Shown here piece after piece: positions 9,548 to 18,334 of a stretch of DNA of 24,640 nucleotides. Position numbers and translations under genes: made by a program. The first letter of the stretch is position 1. The number at the start of each line of letters is the position of its first letter. Under the pieces are notes generated by a model. The model was not told the DNA's origin. It searched no databases and worked only from the letters and a program-made list of their open reading frames with translations. Source of the DNA: Geobacteraceae bacterium (GTDB lineage Bacteria > Desulfobacterota > Desulfuromonadia > Geobacterales > Geobacteraceae); contig DATEVI010000328.1 in the NCBI GenBank assembly GCA_035281865.1, positions 1 through 24,640 on the forward strand. Reading direction: 5' to 3'.

Positions 9548-9727
9548 TTACTTTTTCTCTTCAGGAGCTGCAGGTGCAGGAGCCTGAGCAGAAGTCATCG
9601 GAGCCTGAGCAGGAGCAGCAGCTTCGGGAGTTGCTTCAGGTGCGGGAGCTTCTTCCTTCTTTTTGCAGCCGGCTGCGAAAGCCAGAGCAATGATAAGGCA
9701 CAGAGCTAACGAAATCAGTTTTTTCAT
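9548..9727 (-). CDS. 59-aa Pro/Ala-rich lipoprotein of unknown function
   Basis: ATG 9727 with a GAGGTG RBS; MKKLISLALCLIIALAFAAG|CKKKEEAPAPEATPEAAAPAQAPMTSAQAPAPAAPEEKK; has its own promoter and terminator. Confidence 0.85.
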   Translation of the reverse strand: MKKLISLALCLIIALAFAAGCKKKEEAPAPEATPEAAAPAQAPMTSAQAPAPAAPEEKK

Positions 9728-9805
9728 GGACGTTATCACCTCTTTTCTTTTTTGAATACCAAATCCGCGCATGGCGCGTGGTTTTTTAACAGCAAACAAG
9801 TGGCG

Positions 9806-9833
9806 AATATACTAGCTTTGGACGAAATGTCAA
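9806..9833 (-). promoter_or_regulatory. Sigma70-type promoter of the small lipoprotein gene
   Basis: Minus strand TTGACA-N16-TATATT. Confidence 0.55.
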
Positions 9834-10155
9834 GATTTTTTTGGCTCATTTACAAGGTTTTTAAACCCTGCTTTTTGGATGGAATGGATAAAATTTAATT
9901 ATTCCGATATTTTGAATAATATTGAGCATATTGTATTCATTTTTACCTCTTATAGCTCCTTTTTCCCCGATGTATGAAAAAAACTGGCTGCGCCCGGTTA
10001 ACCCCTAGGCGAAAGGTAATTGCGCCATTTGTCAATGATTACCCTTATTGTCCACAAAAATTCCTTTCACCTGATGACGGAATTCTGCCGGATATGCAAA
10101 ACAGGAAAAATGGTGTATATGAATTGAAAGAAAAAATGAATCATGGGGAGGGCGC

Positions 10156-10704
10156 GTGAATAAGTGTCTATCGTCTGCGGAAAAGGAAAAACTCATTAGC
10201 ATCGCAAGGGAATCCATAATCAGCTTCATCAACGAACGGCCGGTTCCGGATTTTGATGTAAAAGAAGAACAGCTCCTGGCCGGACAAGGATGTTTTGTGA
10301 CGATCAAGCGTGAGGGAAAGCTGCGTGGATGCCTCGGCCAGTTTACCTCGGATCGTCCCCTTCACCAGCTGGTCAAAGACATGGCCATCGCAGCGGCAAC
10401 ACGCGATCCCCGATTTTACCCTATGGGATGTGAGGACCTTGAAAGCTTTGAAATTGAAATATCAGTCCTTTCGCCCCTGAAAAAGATAGAATCGATCGAA
10501 GAGATCGAGGTTGGCAAACACGGGCTGTACATTGAAAAAAACTTTTACCGGGGCGTCCTGCTTCCCCAGGTGGCCGTAGAGCATGGATGGGACCGAAATA
10601 CCTTCCTGAGCCAGACCTGCCAGAAAGCTGGTCTGGACAAAAATGACTGGAAGGAAGAAGCGGATATTTACACTTTCATCGCAGAGGTTTTTGCGGAATC
10701 ATGA
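10156..10704 (+). CDS. AMMECR1-domain protein (AmmeMemoRadiSam system protein A-like)
   Basis: GCFVTIK...LRGCLG, AAATRDPRF, IEISVLSP, IEVGKHGLYI, GVLLPQVA and LSQTCQKAG family motifs; GTG start with a GGGAGG RBS. Confidence 0.92.
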   Translation: MNKCLSSAEKEKLISIARESIISFINERPVPDFDVKEEQLLAGQGCFVTIKREGKLRGCLGQFTSDRPLHQLVKDMAIAAATRDPRFYPMGCEDLESFEIEISVLSPLKKIESIEEIEVGKHGLYIEKNFYRGVLLPQVAVEHGWDRNTFLSQTCQKAGLDKNDWKEEADIYTFIAEVFAES

Positions 10705-10717
10705 ACTTTCGCACAAT

Positions 10718-12028
10718 CTATCTTCCCGCCCCTGCGGCAAATTCTTCGAGCATATCGGTGGTCACGGATTTGGGCCGTTCAATGGGATAACCCAGTGCAC
10801 GGTCCCAGATTATGTTGGCCAGGACTCCGAGAGCACGCCCTACCCCAAACAGAACCGTATAAAAATCATATTCGGTAATCCCGTAGTACCAATGAACCAC
10901 ACCGGACTGTGCATCCAGATTAGGCCACGGATTCTTTGCCTTGCCGTGCTGCTTGAGGATATCAGGTGCGACTTTGTAGATCATTTTGACGATCTCGAAC
11001 AGCTCATAATCGGGCAGATGCTTCTCGCAGAATCCCATAAGGGCCGTAAATCGGGGATCGGTTTTTCGCAGCACGGCGTGACCGTAACCCGGGATCACCT
11101 GGCCGCTGTTGAGTGTATCCCAAAGAAATTTCCTGAGGTCCTCCTCGGTGGGCACCTTTCCGCCCAAGTGATGCAGCACGTCCTGTATCCAGCGGAGCAC
11201 CTCCTGGTTCGCCAGGCCGTGCAGGGGGCCGGCAAGGCCGTTTATCCCTGCGGACAGACTATAATACGCGTCTGACAGTGCGGAAGCAACCAGATGAGTG
11301 GCATGGGCGGAGACGTTCCCCGATTCGTGGTCGGAATGGAGGATGAAGGTCATGCGAGCAGCATCGTCATAAGGCCGGGGAATACCCATCATGTGCGCAA
11401 AATTGGCCCCCATATCCAGGTATTTGCCGGGAGCAATGATCGTATCGGAGCGGTACTTCATCCGGTAAATGTATGCGGCAATAGCGGGAAGGCGTGCGAC
11501 GAGATTGCTGCAGTCTTCGTACATGGAATCCCAGAAATCGAACTTGCTCAACCCCTCCGCATACTTCTTTGCAAAGATCGACTCGCGCTGCATGGCCAGG
11601 ACGGCAGAGGAAAACATGGTCATGGGATGGGTGTCGCGGGGCATAGCCCGCAGCACATCAAAAACATACTGCGGAACCTGGGAGCGAAGGCTGAAGTCTT
11701 CGACAACGGACAGCGTTTCCACCATTGTCGGTACCTCTCCGGTAAGAAGGAAATACCAGAAGCCCTCCACATAGGGGTATTCACAACCGGGGACGTGGGG
11801 CAGGTCCGCGAAGGTTTCGCCAATAGTCTTTCCCCTGAAGCGGATCCCTTCGAACGGGTCAAGATATGAAATATCCGTAACCAGGCATTTTACGTTGCGT
11901 ACGCCTCCAATGCATTGGCCTATGGTCACCTGGTCGATTACAACATCTTTATAATCCTTGATCAATTTTGTCGTTCTGGAACGGTGGGCCTGTATCTTGT
12001 CAAACAGCTTTTCCTTCAGTGTTTTCAT
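10718..12028 (-). CDS. gltA: Citrate synthase, eukaryote-like type
   Basis: SYLDPFEGIRFRG, HSDHESGNVSAH, GLAGPLHGLANQEV, GYGHAVLRKTDPR and KNPWPNLDAQSG; catalytic His/His/Asp present; AAGGAG RBS. Confidence 0.95.
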   Translation of the reverse strand: MKTLKEKLFDKIQAHRSRTTKLIKDYKDVVIDQVTIGQCIGGVRNVKCLVTDISYLDPFEGIRFRGKTIGETFADLPHVPGCEYPYVEGFWYFLLTGEVPTMVETLSVVEDFSLRSQVPQYVFDVLRAMPRDTHPMTMFSSAVLAMQRESIFAKKYAEGLSKFDFWDSMYEDCSNLVARLPAIAAYIYRMKYRSDTIIAPGKYLDMGANFAHMMGIPRPYDDAARMTFILHSDHESGNVSAHATHLVASALSDAYYSLSAGINGLAGPLHGLANQEVLRWIQDVLHHLGGKVPTEEDLRKFLWDTLNSGQVIPGYGHAVLRKTDPRFTALMGFCEKHLPDYELFEIVKMIYKVAPDILKQHGKAKNPWPNLDAQSGVVHWYYGITEYDFYTVLFGVGRALGVLANIIWDRALGYPIERPKSVTTDMLEEFAAGAGR

Positions 12029-12138
12029 CCGGCGGGTCTCCTTCCCCTCAAAGGCTCTCCAAAAATTTTACATGAGCCTGAAATTAAATGCACATATCAC
12101 ATGTCGACTTCTGTTTCATGCCCGATATTGCACAGCCG

Positions 12139-13329
12139 TCATACGATTACAAGTTCCTGATTTGAACAGGTCAGTTGTTCAAGACCGCTTTCCGACAGGA
12201 AAAAGGTATTTTCGACGCCCACGGCGCCGACATCCGGAAAAACCAGTTTCGGCTCGAAGGCAAACACCATTCCGGGCTCCATGACCATCTCACTGAATCC
12301 CCGGGCAAGAAATGGATATTCGTCGATCTCAACTCCGATACCGTGCCCGATGAAAGAAACCTGGGCTCCTTTGTATCCCATGAAGTGATCGCGGTACCCT
12401 CGCTCAACCGCCAATTTCAGGCAATCATTGTAAATGTCGCCCCAAACCGCTCCGGGCCTCACCAGTTCCTTCATCCTCTCCTGCACCGAAAGCATGTCTT
12501 CATATCCGGTCATGAGGCGGTCGGAGAGTCCCCCTAAGGCAAACACGCGGGTCTGATCAACTAGATAGCCGTCGACACTACCGGCAAAGTCTATAATGAT
12601 CGGCTCGTTGCGGCTGATTTTCCTGTTGCTTGCACCCTGACCAAAGCATGGGCTGAGTCCCACGCCGCCGAGAGGAGTGTCGGTATAGGCGGCAACGGCA
12701 CTGTCCGGTCCGCAAAGGGTATGTCCGAACAACATCTCTCCATTGAAGACACGCATCCTGATAATGCCGAGATGCCCCTCAAGCCGGGCCGTGTATTCCA
12801 GTTCCGCCGCAATTTCCAGGTCGGTTGTTCCCTCCCTGACAACCTCGCGAGCCCGGCGATAAACCATATCCACCTGTCGGCCGGCGTCCCGCATGATGTC
12901 TATTTCGTAGGGAGATTTTATCATCCGCACCCTACGAATCAAGGGCGCTGCATCGCACATTTCGGCTTCCGTAAAAACCTTTCCATACCTCTCGAAAAAC
13001 GCCACCGGAAGCACATCGAATTCCATCCCGACCCGCTTTGGTTTCCGATAACCGTATCGGGAAATGATATCGGGTATTTCCCGCATCGAAGCAAAAGGGA
13101 CGATTTCCTGAAGAGCGGATTCTCTCACAGCTCGCTGAAAGTCCCTGCGCACCATGTAAACCGGGTCGCCTTCGACTGGAATGTACAGATTCCCGGATTG
13201 GATCGTACCGGTAAAATAGAAGAGGTCGGCATTCTGCAGAATAACCACCGCATCCAGGCCCTCGGCGGCCATAAGCTGCTGAAGTCTTCGGCATCGTGCA
13301 TCAAGTTCGCTTTTTGGTGTCAAACGCAT
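12139..13329 (-). CDS. Xaa-Pro aminopeptidase/prolidase, M24 family
   Basis: Metal ligands in IIDFAG, VDQTR, GHGIG, FEPK and VENT, plus an N-terminal creatinase-like domain. The true start is ATG 13329 (GGGAGG RBS). The ORF-track start at 13506 overlaps the upstream gene. Confidence 0.92.
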   Translation of the reverse strand: MRLTPKSELDARCRRLQQLMAAEGLDAVVILQNADLFYFTGTIQSGNLYIPVEGDPVYMVRRDFQRAVRESALQEIVPFASMREIPDIISRYGYRKPKRVGMEFDVLPVAFFERYGKVFTEAEMCDAAPLIRRVRMIKSPYEIDIMRDAGRQVDMVYRRAREVVREGTTDLEIAAELEYTARLEGHLGIIRMRVFNGEMLFGHTLCGPDSAVAAYTDTPLGGVGLSPCFGQGASNRKISRNEPIIIDFAGSVDGYLVDQTRVFALGGLSDRLMTGYEDMLSVQERMKELVRPGAVWGDIYNDCLKLAVERGYRDHFMGYKGAQVSFIGHGIGVEIDEYPFLARGFSEMVMEPGMVFAFEPKLVFPDVGAVGVENTFFLSESGLEQLTCSNQELVIV

Positions 13330-13352
13330 CGAATCCCTCCCATCCTCACTCC

Positions 13353-15011
13353 TCACGCCGTTTCTCCGGCATCCTCCAGTTGCAGCTCTCGTATTGCCAT
13401 TTCGCGGAGCTTGAATTTCTGGATCTTGCCGGAGGCCGTCATCGGGTACGAATCGACAAACTTTACAAACTTGGGAACCTTGTAGTTGGCAATCTTGCCG
13501 CGGCAAAACTCCCTCACTTCATCCCCTGTCAACGCCACGCCCTGCTTTAGCTTGACGGCGACCATGACCTGTTCACCGTACTTGCGATCTGGAACTCCAT
13601 ATACCTGGACGTCCGAAATTTTCGGATGCGTGTAGAGAAATTCCTCTATTTCACGCGGATATATATTTTCTCCACCCCGTATGATCATATTCTTCATGCG
13701 ACCAGTGATCTTGCAATACCCGTTTTCATCCATCACCGCCAGATCACCAGTGTGGAGCCAGTCGTCCTTGTCGATAACCTTCTCGGTCTCTTCGGGCATC
13801 TTGTAATAGCCTTTCATGACAAGATACCCTCGTGTACAGAGTTCACCCTGTTTGCCCGGAGGGAGGACAGCACCGGTTTCGATATCCACTATTTTGACCT
13901 CGACATCCGGAAGGGCCCTGCCGACCGTGCTCACCCTGAGCTCTATCGGATCATCAGTCCGTGTCTGGGTGATGACCGGCGATGATTCCGTCTGGCCGTA
14001 AGCAATGGTTATATCCGTCATGTTCATTTCCCTTACGACACGCCTCATTACCTCAATCGGGCAGGGAGAGCCGGCCATAATCCCTGTCCGCATGCTGGAA
14101 AGATCGAATTTTTCGAATTCGGGATGCTCCAGTTCGGCGATGAACATGGTCGGCACCCCATGCACAGCGGTGCAACGCTCCTTTTCCAGAACCTGTAAAA
14201 CCTTAAGCGGGTCGAAGGTTTCAACAGGTAACATGGTGGTGCCGTGGGTAACGCACGCCATGACGCCCAGCACACAACCGAAACAGTGGAAAAAGGGAAC
14301 AGGAATGCAAAGCCGGTCATTCTCGGTGAATTTCATGCATTCGCCGATATTGAAGCCGTTATTGATTACATTAAAGTGGGTAAGCATTACCCCTTTCGGG
14401 AAACCGGTGGTTCCCGACGTGTACTGCATGTTGATGACATCGTGGGGAGACAGGCCGCTCTCCGCTTCGGCAAGTTCGGCGTCGGTAACATCTTTGCCCA
14501 TCGCGACAATGTCGGAGAAATTGAACATACCCGCAGGGTTGTCGGAACCGATGAAGACCACCTTCTTCAGAAAGGGCAGCTTTTCACTCATGAGCTCGCC
14601 CGGTACGGCATTTTTCAATTCCGGAACAACTGTGTTAAGAATCTCGGGATAATCCGACTCCTTGAAGCATTTCACCAGGAACAGCGCACTTGAATCAGAC
14701 TGATGGAGGATATACTCCAGTTCAGCGGACTTGTAACTTGTATTTATGGTAACAAGAACAGCTCCAATCTTCGCAGTGGCAAACTGCAGGATAACCCATT
14801 CGGGGACATTGTTGGCCCATATGGAAACGTGGTCCCCCTTTTTCACGCCCATGCGCAACAGACCTTTTGCCGTCCGGCGGCACACCTCGTTGAACTCACT
14901 GTAGGTATAGCGCAAACCACGATCCATGTAGACCAGTGCCTCATTGTCCGGAAAGCGTGCCGCAATATGATCAAGCAGTCCCCCTACCGTAAAACCGAGC
15001 TGTTCCGACAT
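13353..15011 (-). CDS. AMP-dependent acyl-CoA synthetase (fatty-acid-CoA ligase family)
   Basis: [33 protein letters not shown] and catalytic Lys in SGKIQK; GGAGG RBS. Confidence 0.95.
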   Translation of the reverse strand: MSEQLGFTVGGLLDHIAARFPDNEALVYMDRGLRYTYSEFNEVCRRTAKGLLRMGVKKGDHVSIWANNVPEWVILQFATAKIGAVLVTINTSYKSAELEYILHQSDSSALFLVKCFKESDYPEILNTVVPELKNAVPGELMSEKLPFLKKVVFIGSDNPAGMFNFSDIVAMGKDVTDAELAEAESGLSPHDVINMQYTSGTTGFPKGVMLTHFNVINNGFNIGECMKFTENDRLCIPVPFFHCFGCVLGVMACVTHGTTMLPVETFDPLKVLQVLEKERCTAVHGVPTMFIAELEHPEFEKFDLSSMRTGIMAGSPCPIEVMRRVVREMNMTDITIAYGQTESSPVITQTRTDDPIELRVSTVGRALPDVEVKIVDIETGAVLPPGKQGELCTRGYLVMKGYYKMPEETEKVIDKDDWLHTGDLAVMDENGYCKITGRMKNMIIRGGENIYPREIEEFLYTHPKISDVQVYGVPDRKYGEQVMVAVKLKQGVALTGDEVREFCRGKIANYKVPKFVKFVDSYPMTASGKIQKFKLREMAIRELQLEDAGETA

Positions 15012-15059
15012 GCCGTAACCTCCAAATATTATTTAAAACACATCAAACCACTATTATTT

Positions 15060-15072
15060 TAACCTATTGATT
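15060..15072 (-). promoter_or_regulatory. Candidate IHF-binding site
   Basis: Minus strand AATCAA-TAGG-TTA is an exact match to WATCAANNNNTTR, in an AT-rich tract upstream of the acyl-CoA synthetase gene. Confidence 0.35.
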
Positions 15073-15332
15073 TAACGGGAGTTTTATGAATTAACACAGC
15101 GTAGACGACAAGTCAAGAATTTAGAACAGGGTATTATTTTCCTTTTGGTCTCACCGCAGCCCCGACCGATCCGGGCATAATAACTATTAAAACAATGATA
15201 TTACGCATTACGGATTTATTAGTCGTCTGCGCGGAAAATACTGCTCGTTCGAGTCGATTTTTGCCTGCCCAAAACTTGGGCAATCTGCTATTATGTGTGG
15301 TATTATTCACCGTTTCGTAACAGATAACATTA

Positions 15333-15367
15333 TTTTCCACAAGACTATCCACAGTTGCTGTGGAATG
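15333..15367. promoter_or_regulatory. Cluster of DnaA-box-like 9-mers
   Basis: TTTTCCACA at 15333 (exact TTWTNCACA), CTATCCACA at 15345 (1 mismatch), and CATTCCACA on the minus strand at 15359-15367 (2 mismatches). Confidence 0.35.
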
Positions 15368-15407
15368 CTCCGGATTTGCCTGTTACTACAGGTATTTTTA
15401 CGCCGTT

Positions 15408-15439
15408 GTAACATACTTGCAATATTGTTCGATTAGAAT
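15408..15439 (+). promoter_or_regulatory. Pho-box-like repeat plus -10 element upstream of phoB (autoregulation)
   Basis: GTAACA-tactt-GCAATA (11-bp period), then 9 nt, then TAGAAT. Same architecture as the pstS promoter. Confidence 0.55.
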
Positions 15440-15518
15440 CGTCCACAATTGCCCGCAGACCGGACGATGAAGGATTTCGATACGGAACGGGAATAACCCG
15501 CACGCAGGAGGCCGCCTA

Positions 15519-16199
15519 ATGAAAACAGTTCTCGTAATAGAAGATGAGAAGGACCTCGCGGACCTGATCTCCTTCAATCTGGAAAATGAGGGATATCGGG
15601 TGGTGACCGCCATGGACGGCACAGCGGGCCTGGAATCCGCCCGTAACAGTCTGCCCGATCTCATTCTTCTTGACCTGATGCTTCCCGGCATTACCGGAAT
15701 AGAGATATGCAAGATTCTCAGACGGAACGAAAAAACCTCAAAAATCCCCGTAATAATGCTCACCGCAAAAAGCGAAGAAATCGACAGGGTCGTCGGATTC
15801 GAAGTCGGCGCGGACGACTATGTGGTCAAGCCGTTCTCAAACAGGGAACTCATGCTCCGCGTCAAGGCGGTATTGAGACGGGGAGAACAGGACAAGCCAT
15901 CGGACAAGGTCATCAGGATCGGCGACCTTTCCATAGACACTTCGCGGCATCAGGTGACCTCCGCAGGCGAGGAAGTCATCCTCACCACCACCGAATTCAA
16001 ACTTCTCATCAATCTCGCGGAAAGACTGGGACGGGTTCAAAGCCGCGATGTCCTCTTGAAAAACGTCTGGGGATATAACTATATCGGCGACACCCGCACT
16101 GTAGATACCCACATAACGAGACTACGAACCAAACTGGGAGAGGCCGGAGAAATGATTAAAACCATCAGGGGCTTCGGATACAAGATGGAGGCGCCGTGA
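15519..16199 (+). CDS. phoB: OmpR/PhoB-family response regulator
   Basis: Receiver (IEDE, LDLMLP, LTAK, VKPF) plus winged helix (RTVDTHITRLRTKL, IRGFGY); heads the pst locus. Confidence 0.9.
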   Translation: MKTVLVIEDEKDLADLISFNLENEGYRVVTAMDGTAGLESARNSLPDLILLDLMLPGITGIEICKILRRNEKTSKIPVIMLTAKSEEIDRVVGFEVGADDYVVKPFSNRELMLRVKAVLRRGEQDKPSDKVIRIGDLSIDTSRHQVTSAGEEVILTTTEFKLLINLAERLGRVQSRDVLLKNVWGYNYIGDTRTVDTHITRLRTKLGEAGEMIKTIRGFGYKMEAP

Positions 16200-17965
16200 A
16201 ACTGAACATCCGCTGGAAACTGGTCGCATCCTATCTTGCCCTGGTCTTGATCATGGCCGCCGTGCTTTACGGATATCTCAATCATACGCTGGAAAAAAAC
16301 CTGCGCCAGGACGTGAAAGACAACCTGTTCAACGAGGCCGGGCTGGTAAGGCTCATGGCGGAAAAAGAAATCTCGGATATCCATCGGGATGCCCCGTCTC
16401 TGGCAGACAGAGCCGGTAAAACGATCAAGGCACGGGTCACCATTATCGCCCGAAACGGCCGGGTTACGGGTGATTCGGAAGTCGGTCCCGGAATGATAGG
16501 CAAGCTGGATAATCATGGCGACCGGCCCGAGATTGCAGCCGCCCTACAGCATGGTTCGGGAAGTTCCTTGCGCTATTCCACTACCCTTCAAACGCACATG
16601 CTGTACGTGGCCCTGCCCTTTGCAACGAAAACGGGGGAGACCGGCGCCGTGCGACTCGCCCTGCCCCTCTCGCAGGTCGAAAACGCACAATCGGAGCTTC
16701 GTAAGGTCCTCGCCGCGGCAGTAGTGCTGGCATTTCTTTGCTCGCTGCTTTTGGGTTATATATTTTCAAACATTACAACACGACCGCTCAGGACGATAGC
16801 CGCCGCCGCGGCACGCATCGGCAAAGGGGACCTTGGTTTTCGCATCCCTGTAACCGAAAAAGACGAAGCCGCGGGACTGGCGGCGGTCATGAACGACATG
16901 GCCATCCAGCTGGAAACACAGATGACCCGCATTTCCACTGAAAAGAGTCGGCTCGACACAATTCTCAGCAGCATGGGAGAAGGAGTGATGGTCACCGACA
17001 TCAACGGAACGGTGACACTTGCAAACCCATCCTTCAGGACTCTGTTCTCCCTTGGCGAATATGTGGAAGGGGAATCGCTCATCGAACTCACCCGTCAGCC
17101 GGTTTTGCACAATGCCCTGAGAAAGGTTCTGGACGCGGGCGAAGAAATCCTCGAGGAAATCACCCTTCAGCCTCCCGAGGAAAAGACCATTCTCACCCAT
17201 TGGGTTCCCTTGCTGGCAGGGGGATCAATGACGGGAGTAGTCGCCGTATTTCACGACATCACCGATCTGAAAAGGCTGGAAAAAATTCGCAGGGATTTCG
17301 TGGCAAATGTGTCCCATGAACTTCGGACCCCGGTGGCCGTCATCAAGGGTTATGCCGAAACGCTCATAAGCGACGGGCAGAAGATGGACCCGGAAAGGGT
17401 GGCCAGCTTCAGCAAAATCATCCATAACCATGCCGAACGCCTCACAATCCTCATCGGTGATCTTCTCACCCTTTCCCAACTCGAATCCGGAAAACTTGAG
17501 CTGAACCTTCAGCCGGTAGTCATCCAGGGCGCCGTAAACCGGGCATTCAGCCTGCTGGAGTCAAAGGCGAAAGAAAAAGAAATCACCATGCGGCAGGAAA
17601 TCGGTCATGCGGACACACCGGTACTGGCGGATCTGGGCAGACTGGAACAGGTATTAATCAACCTGCTCGACAATGCGATCAAGTACACTCCGCAAAAAGG
17701 CTGCATAACGGTATTCACCGAGGACTTCGGAAACAGGATACGTGTCAATGTATCCGACACGGGAATCGGCATCCCGGCAAAAGACCTGCCCAGGATATTC
17801 GAACGTTTCTATCGCGTGGATGCTGCCAGAAGCCGTGAACTGGGGGGGACCGGGCTCGGCCTTTCCATCGTCAAGCACATCGTTCAGGGCCATGGCGGCG
17901 CGGTATCGGTGGAAAGCGTTCCGGGCAAAGGATCGACATTCGCCTTCATACTCAGGAAGGCTTAG
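16196..17965 (+). CDS. phoR: Phosphate-regulon sensor kinase (TM - periplasmic domain - TM - HAMP - PAS - HisKA - HATPase)
   Basis: GTGA overlap with phoB, two TM helices, RRDFVANVSHELRTP H-box, NLLDNAIKYT, FERFYRVD and GTGLGLSI. Confidence 0.92.
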   Translation: MKLNIRWKLVASYLALVLIMAAVLYGYLNHTLEKNLRQDVKDNLFNEAGLVRLMAEKEISDIHRDAPSLADRAGKTIKARVTIIARNGRVTGDSEVGPGMIGKLDNHGDRPEIAAALQHGSGSSLRYSTTLQTHMLYVALPFATKTGETGAVRLALPLSQVENAQSELRKVLAAAVVLAFLCSLLLGYIFSNITTRPLRTIAAAAARIGKGDLGFRIPVTEKDEAAGLAAVMNDMAIQLETQMTRISTEKSRLDTILSSMGEGVMVTDINGTVTLANPSFRTLFSLGEYVEGESLIELTRQPVLHNALRKVLDAGEEILEEITLQPPEEKTILTHWVPLLAGGSMTGVVAVFHDITDLKRLEKIRRDFVANVSHELRTPVAVIKGYAETLISDGQKMDPERVASFSKIIHNHAERLTILIGDLLTLSQLESGKLELNLQPVVIQGAVNRAFSLLESKAKEKEITMRQEIGHADTPVLADLGRLEQVLINLLDNAIKYTPQKGCITVFTEDFGNRIRVNVSDTGIGIPAKDLPRIFERFYRVDAARSRELGGTGLGLSIVKHIVQGHGGAVSVESVPGKGSTFAFILRKA

Positions 17966-18264
17966 GGCTCGTCGCCGGTAATTCACCGGTAAGCCCTCAG
18001 GAAACCACTACTCCACCCGACGTCACGACTCCATCGCCTCCTCCCCCTTCAGACGATTCTCCGTTACCTCATCCCGGAAGCGTGAAATACTGACTCAGAT
18101 AAATACCGTCGTGGTGCACGTAAAGCAAATCCCTTTCCTGAATTCTCAGTTTCTGTCTCCATCCCAGTGGAATTGTAACATGAGCCGTCTATAATTGTTG
18201 TAGTGGAGTTCTCGCCACGCACCGAAGGGGAAGAGATGTAAGAGTTCAGCAGATTTTAGCACTT

Positions 18265-18299
18265 CCGTAACACGGCTGTAACATTTCTCCCACTATAAT
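18265..18299 (+). promoter_or_regulatory. Pho box and -10 element of pstS
   Basis: CCGTAAC-ACGG-CTGTAAC (7-4-7, 11-bp period, matching CTGT(C/A)A(C/T)) in place of a -35, followed by a perfect TATAAT at 18294-18299. Confidence 0.8.
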
Positions 18300-18334
18300 C
18301 CACGGAGAAATGTAATTAAAAAAAGGAGGTTCAG

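Noticed and set aside
9974-10159. 61-aa ORF with a GTGA overlap onto the AMMECR1-family start
   Set aside because: No RBS and no recognisable composition or motif; probably chance.
12029-12138. Near-palindrome TGTCGACT upstream of gltA as a possible repressor site
   Set aside because: Too short to support, and I cannot reliably recall the consensus of the known Geobacter gltA repressor HgtR for comparison.
15134-15352. 72-aa minus-strand ORF in the intergenic region
   Set aside because: It runs through promoter-like elements and has no RBS or recognisable features.
15012-15518. Possible oriC (AT-rich DNA, DnaA boxes, IHF site)
   Set aside because: No dnaA, dnaN, gidA or similar origin-linked genes are present, only one exact box was found, and no clear unwinding-element repeats were seen. 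Kept only as a regulatory cluster.
18023-18050. Minus-strand GGGGGAGGAGG followed by ATG-GAG-TCG-TGA; a C-rich anti-SD-like stretch on the plus strand
   Set aside because: Only three codons, and no promoter or terminator defines a transcript.
18203-18260. GGAG...CACCGAAGG resembling a glycine riboswitch core
   Set aside because: It lacks the downstream GCAA and CTCTCAGG elements, and the context (pstS) does not fit.
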